Positions 25,300 through 39,238 of a stretch of DNA of 64,000 nucleotides are shown piece after piece. Both the position numbers and the translations under genes were made by a program. The DNA comes from Mizuhopecten yessoensis (taxonomy: Eukaryota): assembly GCF_002113885.1 (NCBI RefSeq), contig NW_018406081.1:12247-76246 (forward strand), in the 5' to 3' direction. Every line of letters begins with the position of its first letter. Position 1 is the first letter of the stretch. Under the pieces are notes generated by a model that saw only the letters and a list, made by a program, of their open reading frames with translations, ran no database searches and was not told the origin of the DNA.

Positions 25300-28162
25300 T
25301 GGCACCACCAACAATAAAGTGTTTGTCTATGTGAAAAAGATGGTGATTATAAAATCACAAGCGTGTGAAGGGTATAAGCATAAAAGAGTTTGGTACAAAA
25401 AAATAATTAAATACATATTTTTATTAGATGGTCATTTTTGTGAATGCTTGTTTTTCCTAATGCCTAATCTTACGAAAGCTTATTTTATGAAAGATTTTTG
25501 GGGCATACATATTGTTGCGAGGTGTTTTTTGTGGTGCTTAATTTTTGTAATGCTTAGTTTCTATGTCTCTTTACTTTTTTTTTAAATGCCATTGTCAGCG
25601 AATTATTTTGTTTTTACTGTTTACATTACATTGTAACCTGGCATATTGGCATTAAACTGTACCCCTCACCAATTGTATACAAATACGTATTAACAATAGA
25701 TCTGATGATAATAAAAAAAAGTTATTTTATGAAAAACAATCCTTACATGACAAATGCAGACAGAGGTACTTCGGCAGACGCCGCCAATTCCTATTAAACG
25801 ACTTCAGTAAAGAAACGGAATGTTTGCGTTCTACTGGTTGAGTGTATTTTACGACTATTGATAAAAACGGATTCGGCTAATTGTGTAGCAGACACGAAAT
25901 GTCTGAAACAGAATTGCATTATTTTAACTGAGGTTGGTACACATTTGTACTTCTCAATTTGTTTCGTTGATTTAAAGCTGACGCGTGTGTTTAGCAACAT
26001 CACACAGCCCGTCTGATCAAGTATGAAGCTTCTTGAAGTTAGGAGAATAGCTATGCGTGCTAAGTGGTGTTTAAAATACCTACGGACGTAAACTAGCTGT
26101 TCTATATTGTCGACCAGTCGATGGAAAATGCCATAATTAGATAGCGAAATTCATATTGTATGCCCATTGTTTACTCTTAAGTATCTGTGGTAATATATTA
26201 ATGTTTGAAAAAACTTCAATTTACATCTGTTTTCGATGTTATCTCTTTCGTTAGTCATAACAACGTTTATATTGCTGTTTAATCGATTTCAGTACCTTTT
26301 GTTTTATTTGAATAGCAACTCATAAACCCGAGTTTTCTCTGTCCTGGGTTTACAAAACCCATCCTACATTCGCCCTGAAATTACATATAGTACATTGGTG
26401 TGCGTTCTATCGTATTAAGCCACTTTATGATACGTGAGTGATGGAGTGTACATTTATAACTCCAAAACACTAAATGTTAAAATCAGTTGACTATGTGTCA
26501 GCTGGGCCATGAATTTCTAGTGATTAACAGGTAAAAAAACCCACCAATCAATAATATTGTTAATTAAATTGTTAAAAGATTCAAGTAACAGCACCAGGAG
26601 TCAACTAGTGAATGGCATCCAAAAGATCCGCGGTGCCAACATTTGTAACAGTGCGTTGGAAACGTTTTTACATGCATAACAATAACGTTGATAAATCAAC
26701 ACTGAAAACGGAACTTTGAAAAAAAATATAAACGCAGCGCTGTGAGCCAGTATTTGGACCCTTGACCTCAGATCACAATGTAGTTGCTCTTACTAAGTGA
26801 GGTACTTGATTACGTTAGTTTCCTACACTGCCCGACCACAGCTGGTTTGTACATCCAAAACCAAATTAAGGGGAGGTCACTGTATGTATGAAGACTATCA
26901 TTGGAATTATTATAGTTTTTCTCCTGTAGTGGGACATGGATTCTTAAACTATTGAAAAGTTGAACAATTGCAACCAAAGTTCGAATGTTTTATTTCAGAA
27001 AAGTGTCGTAACTATCAAACATTCTTGATGTTTGTTCTTGATATATCTACCAACTGAAAACAAATGCCATTAGACTATGAATACACTACGAATATAACGA
27101 TTCTCGTGCAACCAGTCAGCTGATTTCAAACACAATGACCACTTCATATTATTACGCATAATACCGTTTCTGAGAATAATTATCTCCCCTTCTCCGATAT
27201 AACGTAGTTGAGAGAAATTATAATAAACATTAAAAAAATCATGAATGATGCACCATTGTACTATTATTATTATTCTTTCTAATTTAAAACTAAAAAGATA
27301 CTTATAACATTGTCATAACAAATACTGACTTCCGACTCACAATAGGTTCCTCTAGGTCACGAACTTTTTAACACCCTGTTTCGAAAAGTCCGGCTGTGTA
27401 ATCCCTTGCACATTAAACTCAGAGAACTTTGTAATGACACAGACACTTCATCCAGCAACTTATCATCATTTACATTTCTTTTGGTAAGCAGTGTATGCCT
27501 ATTGCCGACGGGAGCTTGAAATAGTGCTAACTACAAAAAGTGTTGTAACTTTTTTATTGTAGTTCATCGTAACGTAAATATATGAATTGAATTGTTTTCA
27601 TGTACATTGCGGCAATGAAAAGCAGTACCTGATCTACATTTCTTCCACAGGATATGTAGATCATATACTGCTATTCATTGCCTCTATGTACTGTACTTTA
27701 AACAAATTCTATTCAATCCCGATATTTATGCACATATTAAAGAAAGGAAATTAATTTGAAAGTTTTACTCGTACATCAAAATGTTGAAATGGATTCAAGG
27801 CATTGACCGGTAATCCATATGTTGTAAGCCTTTCTATTAAACACAAGCGTACTTAACGATGTACCAAAACACATGTTTATCTCTGGTACATAAAGTTTAT
27901 TACTGTTTTTCATGTGTACATCTGTTATCACAGCATGTAATACACGTGCATCTGTCACTACGGAGTGCATGCATGCATAATGCGACTTTCAACATTGTTA
28001 TTTGATATACTAGCCACATGTATTGGGTGTAAAATACGAAATCCTTTGAATGCTTACTACATGTAGCAAAGAAATCTGATCAATAAGGAGAAGTATTGAT
28101 CATTATATACCTACAGTGAATACGGCACCTACGTAATACATACGACAAAACTATTGTTTATG

Positions 28163-28370
28163 TGTGTGTTTGATTGTTCTAGGTTTAACGTTCTCGCAGC
28201 GGCTAAAGTTAATTAAAGACAGGTGCCTAGGAAATCAAACATTTGATCGTCGCCGAAAAAGAGTCGGTGAGTTAAGAAAATATTTAGATCAAAAGCAATG
28301 CAATAGGGACAGCACATCCGTTTTGGGTACCTCGGTATATGCTAACTAAATGACACCTGGAAACCATGTC
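28163..28370 (-). mobile_element. Short retroposon body and 3' tail (same family as 56443-56708)
   Basis: Tail ..GAACGTTAAACC..AATCAAACAC on the minus strand. Shares tgcctagga and gcaatagg with 56443-56708. Its 5' end runs into the 61-bp satellite. Confidence 0.45.
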
Positions 28371-29782
28371 AGCCTATTCAATGCAAGGCACCACATTAGT
28401 CTCCTCCTAAGATATACACTAAGATACAGCAGGCATATTCAATGCAAGGTACCACATTAGTCTCCTCCTAAGATATACACTAAGATACAGCAGGCCTATT
28501 CAATGCAGGCACCACATTAGTCTCCTCCTAAGATATACACTAAGATACAGCAGGCCTATTCCATGCAATGCGCCACATTAGTCTCCCCCTAAGATATATA
28601 TTAGGATACAGCAGGCCTATTCAATGCAAGGCGTCATATTAGTATCTTCTTAAGATATACACTAAGATACAGCAGGCCTATTCAATGCAAGGCGCCACAT
28701 TAGTCTCCTACTAAGATATACACTAGGAAACAGCAGGCCTATTCAATGCAAGACGCCACATTAGTCTCCTCCTAAGATATACACTAAGATACAGCAGGCC
28801 TATTCAATGCAAGGCGCCATATTAGTATCTTCTTAAGATATACACTAAGATCCAGCAGGCCTATTCCATGCAAGGCGACACATGAGTCTTCTCCTAAGAT
28901 ATACACTAGTATACAGCCGGCCTTTTAAATGCAGGGACCCAACATAAGTCTCCTACTAAGATATACACTAGGACACAGCAGGCCTATTCAATGCAAGGCA
29001 CCACATTAGTCTCTTCTTAAGATTATACTAGGATACAGCCGGCCTTTTAAATGCAGGGACCGAGCATAAGTCTCCTACTAAGATATACACTAGGAAACAG
29101 CAGGCCTATTCAATGCAAGACGCCACATTAGTCTCCTCCTAAGATATACACTAGGATACAGCAGGCCTATTCAATGCAAGGCACCACATTAGTCTCCTAA
29201 GATATACACTAATATACACTAGGACACAGCAGGCCTATTCAATGCAAGGCACCACATTAGTCTCTTCTTAAAGTATACAGCCGGCCTTTTAAATGCAGGG
29301 ACCCAACATAAGTCTCCTACTAAGATATACACTAGGACACAGCAGGCCTATTCAATGCAAGGCACCACATTAGTCTCTTCTTAAGATATACATTAGAATA
29401 CAGCAGGCCTATTCCATGCAAGGCACCACATTAGCCTCTTCTTAAGATTATACTAGGATACAGCCGGCCTTTTAAATGCAGGGACCGAACATAAGTCTCC
29501 TACTAAGATATACACTATGACACAGCAGGCCTATTACATGCAAGGCGACACATTAGTCTTCTCCTAAGATATACATTAGGATACAGCAGGCCTATTCAAT
29601 GCAAGGCGACACATTAGTCTCTTCTTAAGATATACACTAGGATACAACAAGCCTATTCAATGTAGGGGCCGAACATAAGTCTCCTCCTAAGATAAACACT
29701 AGGATACAACAAGCCTATTCTATGTAGGGGCCGAACATAAGTCTCCTCCTAAGATATACACTAGAATACAGCAGATATATTC
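28371..29782. repeat. 61-bp tandem satellite (~23 units) derived from a retroposon 5' leader
   Basis: Unit ATTCAATGCAAGGCACCACATTAGTCTCCTCCTAAGATATACACTAGGATACAGCAGGCCT with period 61 (28376 to 28437). A recurring variant unit occurs at ~28917, 29038, 29280 and 29463. Confidence 0.96.
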
Positions 29783-29888
29783 GTTCCATGAAGGTTTGCA
29801 GAATTAAAAAACTATTTTTATTATTTCTATTCTATGTATACTTTCTCTTACCATATACAAATGTACCCATATCCTGATGTTAATGCTT

Positions 29889-30280
29889 AAGGTACAATCA
29901 CCTGTGAATGTTACCTTCACATTTCAATATACAAGGTAGTAGACTCTGCTGGTGTGTATTTAGTCCCCGAGGATTGCCGTAGCCTTGATAGCCACAGTAA
30001 TCTCTTTTGAGTAGTGGCACGGTTCAAAATGCACATTTGATTTAAACTTAATCAGTACGTCTCTTAATTTTGAAATTCATGTTTCTACGCACCTTCTCTT
30101 TAATTTCAACAGAAGTGTAGACTTTTTTTTTTGCCCATGTATGCCACCTGCCGATGAGTACTTGAAGGATAAAACAGCTGTTTGATGCAGATAAGTTGAT
30201 GTTTGGCACACAGTATCTATTAATTAAATATAAGTAAAGTCACCTGTGTATATGTTACGTTCATCGTTGGAAACTACAGC
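29889..30280 (+). mobile_element. Retrozyme-like tandem element (~1.15 units of 342 bp) with a decayed minimal hammerhead at 30143-30188
   Basis: CCGATGA(30151)-GTAC TTGAA GGAT-AAAAC-AGCT-GTT-TGATGCAGA. CACCTGTG recurs at 29899 and 30241. The stretch 29889-29982 matches the reverse complement of 22536-22632. Confidence 0.7.
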
Positions 30281-30747
30281 AACTTTATTACTTAACACGA
30301 CTAATGATAAGTATATATAAGATATATCATCTTATGCTGGCTGTTGAGATATCCCAAAGGATAGTCAATATGAAGGCTGCATGGACATATGTCTGCAACT
30401 AGAGCATTAGTTATTACGTATTCGAGTGCTCAAAAGCTGAGATCAGCGAAATTGCTGCTTTTTCAGAATTAATAACTCGACGCTGAATCCAATGCAGACT
30501 GTTTTATTAGTTTTCCTAGAATATTGACGTTTGAATTTGGCAGAATTAATGGAGGGTGGTTCGTCGGAGCGATCTCAATTTTAGCGAGCCACTTGGAGAA
30601 TTGTCATTAACAGTTATTCAAAATACAAAGTAAATCCATCAGTATTCGCCACACTGCATAAAGTTGAATATGCCTAAGAGACAATCCCTATTAATCACCT
30701 CGCTCTCAGGAGACAATCATATCCTCATTCCACAAAGCCTGTAAATT

Positions 30748-31025
30748 TATACCGCCAAACCTGTTCACATGACCATTTCTAATAAGAGAGCATCTTTTTC
30801 AAGAGGACACTGTTAATCATCCCCAGTGTAGTGATTTCATTGTCAATCAGACCTGTAGGAAGCGACCAACTGCTTTAAGAAACCATTTTGGACTTCCTTA
30901 TGGTGGTCTCATAATACTTGTTTAACTGTCCTTTATAGAAGTGACCATCGATGTCGAAAAATAGGTTTTTAGCTTTTTCTTGAGTGGTCTCTTAATGCAG
31001 ACTTGTCTGTTTTTACATGGACTGT
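30748..31025. mobile_element. Degenerate Tc1/mariner-type MITE
   Basis: Left end TACCGCCAAACCTG..GACCA and right ends GTGGTCTC.TAATRC....TT..CTGT (present twice), with GACCA subrepeats. Confidence 0.5.
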
Positions 31026-31484
31026 ATGACATAGTACACTTGTAGTATGCCGCAGTATGTGTATGAGACCTTGAAGAATAAACAATGTACCTGTGTGTTG
31101 TAAGTTTATATAAATATAAATTCACCCGACCTAAATCAATCCACTGAAGTCACGGTAACTCGTAAAACTGAATTCATTGCAAATCTCTGTAATGCGAACC
31201 TTTAACCTCTAGTCTCTTCGCCAAGCATGGTCTCGAAGTGTTGGCAGCGTAAAGACTGTATCAACTAGAACAAAATGAAATATAATAAACTGATACATTT
31301 TGTTCCATATTTTTCCCAAAATATTGATTTAAGGACTAACTTATATAAATAATTACTTGGAAAATAGTTAAAGGAAGCTATTAATCAATATAGGACTACA
31401 ACATTGTACCTTATAGCAAAGTTCATATAGTGTTTTTCACATATGTTTTGCAGTATTAATGTAGTGTTCTACAATACATCTCAA

Positions 31485-31715
31485 GTACACACGCAGGCAA
31501 ACACACATATGGAGATATTAGCCAGGTGGCATAGGACTAGTAATAAGTGCTTGATAAGGAAGCTCCTACGAATTCCTTAAAATTGTATCGATTAATGTAT
31601 ATGTTTATTGTATTGATTGTATCAATTGAATATCCATGTACTGTAAGGCGCCTTAAAGTGTCTTTTTCTAGCTAAATACAATTATGTAGGGCGTTATATC
31701 AAATGTTGTATATTA
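31485..31715 (+). mobile_element. SINE 3' part with L2-like tail
   Basis: Homologous to 24200-24410. Confidence 0.6.
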
Positions 31716-33344
31716 TGTTTTTTTATTTTAAAATACAAGTATAAGCATAAAAATCTGTTGTAGCCAAAAGTTGTTAATTTGTTAAGTTTAAGTTATAATG
31801 ACAAAGTTCTTTCTTTTTGCTGCTTTCTTCATGTATCAACATTTACGCAGACGTTTCTTTTCATTTAACAAAACTTAACTTGTTGTTTTGTTGTATTTCT
31901 CCGTACGTTGTGTTCTCCTTACAAAATCGCTGGTATAATATATGTGTATTATGTAAAATATGGGCATATCATACATAGAGCGAGGATTTAAAACAGAAAA
32001 TTTCATTGTTCGATTTTTCTAACGAATAATTAATCTCAAACTTTCATTTTTTACTGCATTTTTAGAATCCTTTTGGTTGAATTTTCAAGTAACTATTTGA
32101 CGATTGTATTGAGATGAGATATAAAAAAAAAAGCGAAACGACAGAAAAGATCAGTCTTAATCTCCACCTCTTACATATAGAACTTGATGCTACCCTCATG
32201 TAATCAACAACTGTTTATTTCAGGAAAATACACTACGTGAAATCGCTCATTTCTTGGTTTTTATAATTTCGTTGGTCTCGTAGGCAATCTTCATCCGCTA
32301 GTTCATAGGTCATCCATGAAGAAATTACAAGTTTGATATAAAGCAATTCTCTTGAGTGGGTACTCGTAACCTACGAGTTCATGTACCCACAAACTGGTGT
32401 TTTGTCTGGAAACCACGACACTTGGGGCCCCACTTAAACATCGGAGTTCACAGTAAATATATACTCTCTAACCTAGGAGAGAGATATTCAGCAAAACGAC
32501 AATTAAAATGAAATACTCAAACATCTGTCAACACAGTGCTGGATATAAACATGAAACGAGCATTAATGATTTACTTCACGTACATACATGTATCACAGAC
32601 AGACATGCATATTTGTCTGCTGCCCGTGCACATCTCTTGCTATAGTGAGAAACGCCTGCTGATTGACATGTATGGATGCACATGTTATCTAAAGTTGTAA
32701 ATGCGTTCAAACATATCTTAGAATTTCTTCGTAATCATGCTGTTATGGCACGGGACCCAATCAATGATACTGTGTGGCTTACGCTCATGCATTCTCGAGG
32801 GGAAAGAATCCAATCATGCAGAAAGTACCGGGCACCATTACCGTGACTGGTTCGTGTTTTGTTTGCATTGTTTTCCTCCCATTGCCTGATGTGTAAATGT
32901 CTCAAAGTCATGTAATAGACAAACATATTTTTGCTTATTGTTGAGGACATTCTGACACAGGCCTCTTCCGATAGCTTAGATAATACTCCATCTCTCAGGG
33001 AACATAATGCTCTTTTAACAAAGAGAAGCAAAATCTTAAACTAGATTTAATAGATAGTTCGAAATAAATATCCTTAATTTTTAAAATGACGCACTTTAAT
33101 AATGATTTTATGACGAGAACGTTTTTAGAACATAACGTGTAATTTGAAAAACCAGTAAAATATTCCAGAGAAATCGAAATGTTGATGTAGAAAATAAGTA
33201 TGAAGGGAAATATGCTATTGCAAATGGCTAAATGCTGTTCCATTGTGTGATGTGGAGGTTGGTGTGTTATTTATGTTCATTAGTATAGTTTGCGTTTGTT
33301 AATGAAGCTACTCGAGCTCTCGATTTCAGGACGTGACATTTTTT

Positions 33345-33510
33345 GCGGGTGTTGTTGAAGAAGCAGAAGACCCTTACCCTTCCGGGATACATGGTCTTAT
33401 TCTCCTTGTTCTTTTTTTTGAGTCCTTGTAAATCTATGCATTGTTCATATTTTGCGATACTTTTAAGCTCGAATTACGACTTTGTTATAATTCGGTGATT
33501 TCTTGTTGTT
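33345..33510 (+). mobile_element. Dispersed repeat, CTTACCCTTCCGG family (probable non-LTR retroelement 3' UTR)
   Basis: GACCCTTACCCTTCCGGGATACATGGTCTTATT..TTGTTCATATTTTG is shared with 45830-45995 (minus) and 59080-59215. Confidence 0.65.
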
Positions 33511-35283
33511 TCCTATATATCTACACAAATGCTGGTAAATTTGTATACAAAACATATGTCGGAAGCTATATGCTTATGAATAAATGGCAGTGATTAGAAA
33601 TATTCAATTCACAAAGGTTGTATGCACAAGAATGTCGAAATCAGAGGTACAAAGTGGAAGTGGCCGCTTTTATAGTATTTTATTATAGTATTTTATATTA
33701 GCCTTTCATGACTTTCTACTCCCAATGGAGGTTCCCAAATGCGTCAACTTAAACTACTCTGTATTCTGACCGCTTAATATTGATACTACAATGTAATTTC
33801 ACTGACAAGTTTCAAATGTAGGACGTGATATTGCATTTAGTTCACGGTCATGATATGTAAATGAAGAGGTATCAAGATATATTAATTGTTTCATTTTAGG
33901 GTTAGCTAGTTAGTATCTCAAAACCATCCATGAGCAACCATACTCTTTGATCGTACGTGTAAATGTGGTTGTCTAACAATGCGTTCAAATAAATAATTCA
34001 CGTTGCCATTCATCCCATGTATCCAAGTTTTAATCAAAGTACCATGCGAGATTACATTATTCCACCATTGGGAGTTTAATTAGAAAATACATGTAGGTTC
34101 CAAAAGCTATATATTTTCGGAATCTGTAATCTACACTTTAAGTATTATATTTTGCCAAAGCAGTAGTAGGCAGTTTCTTCGTTGTTATCGATTTTAATTT
34201 GATATTTTTCTCCTGTTATTATTTTATATATTTATTTGATTCACAAGAACCCAAAAAGAAAAAACGAATTCCCAATCCAGCTTTTTGAAATTCTTTGGCA
34301 ACAACTGTCTTGTGTGTTGCGACAGTATGCCTATTAATCCGAAACGTGTAAAAAAAAAAAATGACCACTCAAGAATCAATATTTTTTAAAGGAATACAGT
34401 GGGTTGTGTATTACATAACCTTGATTTGCATACACATTTATATGTTTGTTTCTTTGATTATTTGACATACTTTAATGTTATCAATGCCGCTATTAATTCT
34501 TGGCTTATAAATGTATACTGTATGATGTATGTATCTGTTTTTTTCGCTGATACAAAAATTATATACCGAGTTTAATGTTGATACATTGTAATATTGAAAT
34601 GCTGTATTGTTAAACAGCTTGATAAAATATCCTCCAACAAGTAACGACAGTGAACACATGAAATATATTTCAAGCAATTCAGTTTGGCATAAAGTAAAAA
34701 ATATATTTATACAAGCCTACAATATACGGTGGACCGTCACATCGTCATATTTTTTTTTATAAATCGGTTAAGGCTATACGCAGACATGCGCTAAGTTGAA
34801 CTTCCTTTTGTATTATTTCACGTTACAACATGTACAGGTTATTTCCTGGTTTTAATGTTTTTGAAATTCAAATAACGCAGACAGGTTTAATTACATACGG
34901 TTATTTCGTGTTCTTCACATTAAGTGACAGAGGTGTACAAACGACCTACTAAAAACATAATTCTTTGTATGTTTGGTATACAACTCCCGTAAATAGTTCA
35001 TCATATTATTTTGTGTCCAGTACAACTCCCTAAAAAACATATTTCAAGATAATGGTCATTAAAAAGCCCAGCACATTTCGAAATCCTTGAATTTTGCTGT
35101 GCAAAACGAAAACAACAGGTTATTTTTATTTGTTTGCATGTGCAAGCGAACTGTTTTGTAAAACAAATAAGGACATCCATTTCTTAGTTTTGTGTAGTGA
35201 GGAAAACAGTGAATATCATATTGTTTAGAATGTGAAAAGAGAAATTTGTAGGAATGTGCAAAGGTGCGAAAAATACAACTCAC

Positions 35284-35373
35284 CTGATCCGTCCCCACCA
35301 CTTGCAGGGCGTCATCGGAGGGGGCCCTCCATCGTCCTCCCCCTCCCCCTGCTCCACCAGTACTCGAGTTCAT
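35284..35373 (-). CDS. Candidate first coding exon of an unidentified gene (MNSSTGGAGGGGGRWRAPSDDALQVVGTDQ)
   Basis: GC-rich island in AT-rich DNA, with ATG at 35373 and a consensus donor CAG|GTGAGT after 35284 (phase 0). No homology recognised. Confidence 0.45.
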
Positions 35374-37586
35374 AGCGTCAAGGATAATCCAGGAAACTGT
35401 GTCTTCGTAAATCAAATTCCGGATAAGATGTTTAGGATTTCGTAATTTTAACTTTCCGATGTTGAACTTCCCACTCCGGAAGTGTTCTTTAGACATGGAC
35501 ACGATATGAATTGTGGTTATTATCGCTTTTAAACTCACTTACCCCTCGGGCGGTCCATCACAAATAAAACAAATCCTCAGCGCCAGCACATTTAAGAAAC
35601 TAATCAAATCTTATTTCCTCACTTGATCACTCAAAGATAACTCAAGTTCTTTAAAACTTCTCCTCATAATTTTCTAGAGATGTAAATGCACATCCGACAC
35701 TTCCTATTGACACAACTCGGCGTCGACTGATTCAATTTTCATTGACCAGAAAGGAGATCGTTGGAATAAAATGTATGCTGGTATAACACCGGAAAACACA
35801 TGTAAAGCTGAACGCATTGACCTTTCCCCGTCCTGTATACGAAGCACAATATCATCCGCAAATAATTCCTCTCGCGGATTAACTAGTGCCTTTGTATTTT
35901 GGAGTGCTGAAATAGTGATACTTAGCTATGAAATCCAATAATATATAAGAAGAAATGGCTACTAACTTTGCAAACACTTGTTTCAAACTTTTTAGACCCA
36001 ATCATTCCATCTACATATGGGTAACAATGTAAACTGGTGTTCGCATTAATCATCCACTTGACCTTAACTCATAAAACAAAAGGAAAACAGAAGTTTATCA
36101 GCACTTTTTTTACCCCACTTTTGCACAGTTTCCGTTTGTAAAGATATCCAGTGTAATTTCATCCATCCATTTGGCGTCTATAACAACAAAACTGCTCACG
36201 TGACCTGCAAAGCGGGTGCATACATATGTGCACCTTCTCCTTGGCGTAGAGTAGCAACACAACTGGCTACCGTATAAATGCTCGTATGCATAAAAAAGTA
36301 TTAATACGCAATCCAAACTGACTAGCTGTCAGAATAGTGCAGTGTTCCCAGAAAAAACAGGTTTTCCACACAAACCTGATAAAACGAACGTGTGTGAGAC
36401 CTCCCTGTACCCGCGAATTCAGTGCCGTCAACTCAACTGCAGGCCATCAATACCGAGTTATATGTCAGTCACGATAACCCTTATACAGATCTATAGAAAA
36501 GTCAGCAGAGACAACGTGCAGTCAAATCACAGGCAATCAACCTGCCGTAAACCCAGTAGAGATTTATGATAGTATAAGTAAGCTGTTGGCACCGTATAAT
36601 CCCAGCTTCACCCCAGGTCAATACTACCTCATATCAACAAGTCACATCTATTATAGCAACGTGGAAGTCGAAAAACACTTTCCTAGTCAGTTCAACAACG
36701 TACCTATGTGTATAGCAGTGTCCAATGCACCATCAAGTATAGCTATCCTGTACCTGTGTACAGATTCATAGACACGTAAACAATTCAATACTGCACCGGC
36801 CAAGCGTTTTCAATTATATAATATGTGATATTATTATAAACACTTACAGACTTATGTTGAAATTAAACAAAGCGAACCTGACCGTAGTGACCGTTATATA
36901 ACGTACGGCGACTCGATTCACTTGAAACGGTACCGAAAGTAGAGACAATTTATGGACCTGTATATTTTGCTGGCCTTAGGATTTATTGAACATTGCCGAT
37001 TTCGGGGCTAGCAGCAACAGTGTGTCCCGTGGTTTCCCCTTCCTTTCATCTTGTTGCCAAAATCAATGAGCTACGATCTGGGACTGGCATTCAGCTCTTT
37101 ATTTCGGTGACAATAATACGCTGCAACATGCTTGGGTTTTGCCTGTCGGTGCAATGCAACACATTTCTTCGACAAAACCGGTCCTACCAGAATATAGCCT
37201 GAAAAGCATTTTTTGCCATACATCTCACAGGAGTCCCCACTTTGGTGTGTAACCATAAAAGTCTAGGTACTCTCTGCCATATAGGTTTAGTATTGGCGAG
37301 ACCACATACTGTCTGGTTCTGTTCGAATGTTTTCAGAACAATCTATCTATGTACATGTATTAAATACCCTAGTCTCAAATGATGAATCTGTAAACGACAG
37401 AAGTGTAGGTCTAATCTGGCTTGGTCTTTCAAATGACAGTCAAAATGTTCCTACCGACATTGCTGTAATATTGTTAGAGTTTGAACATAAACCTCAAAGG
37501 TAGGCTAGCTAACAGGAAGACGACATTCTGATATAACCAATTGGTGCCCAAACCCCTTTTCTACGGCTTTCCATCACTACCAAAAT

Positions 37587-39238
37587 CTGGCACGTCATTA
37601 AATGACCATAGCTGTTAATAGGACGTGAAACAAAAACAAACCAAACCTAACACGTCATTAAATGCCCGTAGCTGTTAATGGGACGTGAAACACAAACAAA
37701 CAAAACCTGACACGTCATTAAATGCCCGTAGCTGTTAATGGGACGTGAAACACAAACAAACCAAACCTGACACGTGCTTAAATGACCGAAGCTTTTAATG
37801 GGACGTGAATCACAAACAAACAAACCCAACCTGACACGTCATTAAATGACCGTAGCTGTTAATGGGACGTGAAACACAAACAAACCCAACCTAACACGTC
37901 ATTAAATGACCGTAGCTGTTAATGGGACGTGAGACACAAACAAACCAAACCTGGCACGTCATTAAATGACCGAAGCTATTAATAGGACGTGAAACACAAA
38001 CAAACCAAACCTGACACGTGCTTAAATGACCAAAGCTGTTAATGGGACGTAAAACACAAACAAACCAAACCAAACCTGACACGTCATTAAATGACCGTAG
38101 CTGTTAATTGGATGTGAAACACAAACAAACCAAACCTGGCACGTCATTAAATGACCGAAGCTATTAATGGGACGTGAATCACAAACAAACAAACCCAACC
38201 TGACACGTCATTAAATGACCGTAGCTGTTAATAGGACGTGAAACACAAACAAACCCAACCTGACTCGTCATTAAATGACCAAAGCTGTTAATGGGACGTG
38301 AATCACAAACAAACCAAACCTGGCACGTCATTAAATGACCGTAGCTATTAATGGGACGTGAATCACAAACAAACAAACCAAACCTGACACGTCATTAAAT
38401 GACCGTAGCTGTTAATAGGACGTGAAACACAAACAAACCAAACCCGACACGTGCTTAAATGACCAAAGCTGTTAATGGGACGTGAAACACAAACAAACCA
38501 AACCTGACACGTCATTAAATGACCGAAGCTATTAATAGAACGTGAAACACAAACAAACAAACCAAACCTGGCACGTCATTAAATGACCGTAGCTATTAAT
38601 GGGACGTGAATCACAAACAAACAAACCAAACCGGACACGTCATTAAATGACCGAAGCTATTAATAGGACGTGAAACACAAACAAACAAACCACATCTGGC
38701 ACGTCATTAAATGACCGAAGCTATTAATAGGACGTGAAACACAAACAAACCAAACCTGACACGTCATTAAATGACCGTAGCTATTAATAGGACGTAAAAC
38801 ACAAACAAACCCAACCTGACACATCATTAAATGACCATAGCTGTCAATGGGACGTGAAACACAAACAAACAAACCTGGCACGTCATTAAATGACCGAAGC
38901 TATTAATAGGACGTGAAACACAAACAAACCAAACATGACACGTCATTAAATGACCGTAGCTATTAATAGGACGTAAAACACAAACAAACCCAACCTGACA
39001 CATCATTAAATGACCATAGCTGTCAACGGGACGTGAAACACAAACAAACAAACCTGGCACGTCATTAAATGACCATAGCTGTTAATAGGACGTGAAATAC
39101 AAACAAACCAAACATGACACGTCATTAAATGACTATAGCTGTTAATAGGACGTGAAACACAAACAAACCAAACCTGTCACGTCATTAAATGACCATAGCT
39201 GTTAATAGGACGTGAAACACAAACAAATAAACCAAACC
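37587..39238 (+). repeat. ~60-bp tandem array (~27 units) made from a SINE 3' tail
   Basis: Unit CTGRCACGTCATTAAATGACCGTAGCTGTTAATRGGACGTGAAACACAAACAAACCAAAC, varying 59-65 bp by CAAA slippage. It matches the SINE tail at 57371-57433 and is preceded by the SINE core remnant CGGCTTTCCATCACTACCAAAAT. Confidence 0.96.

Noticed and set aside
32230-32455. Possible old TA-flanked MITE
   Set aside because: The termini are too decayed to pair convincingly.
28371-39238. 61-bp and ~60-bp arrays as CRISPR arrays
   Set aside because: Whole units repeat with no unique spacers, there are no cas genes, and the context is eukaryotic.
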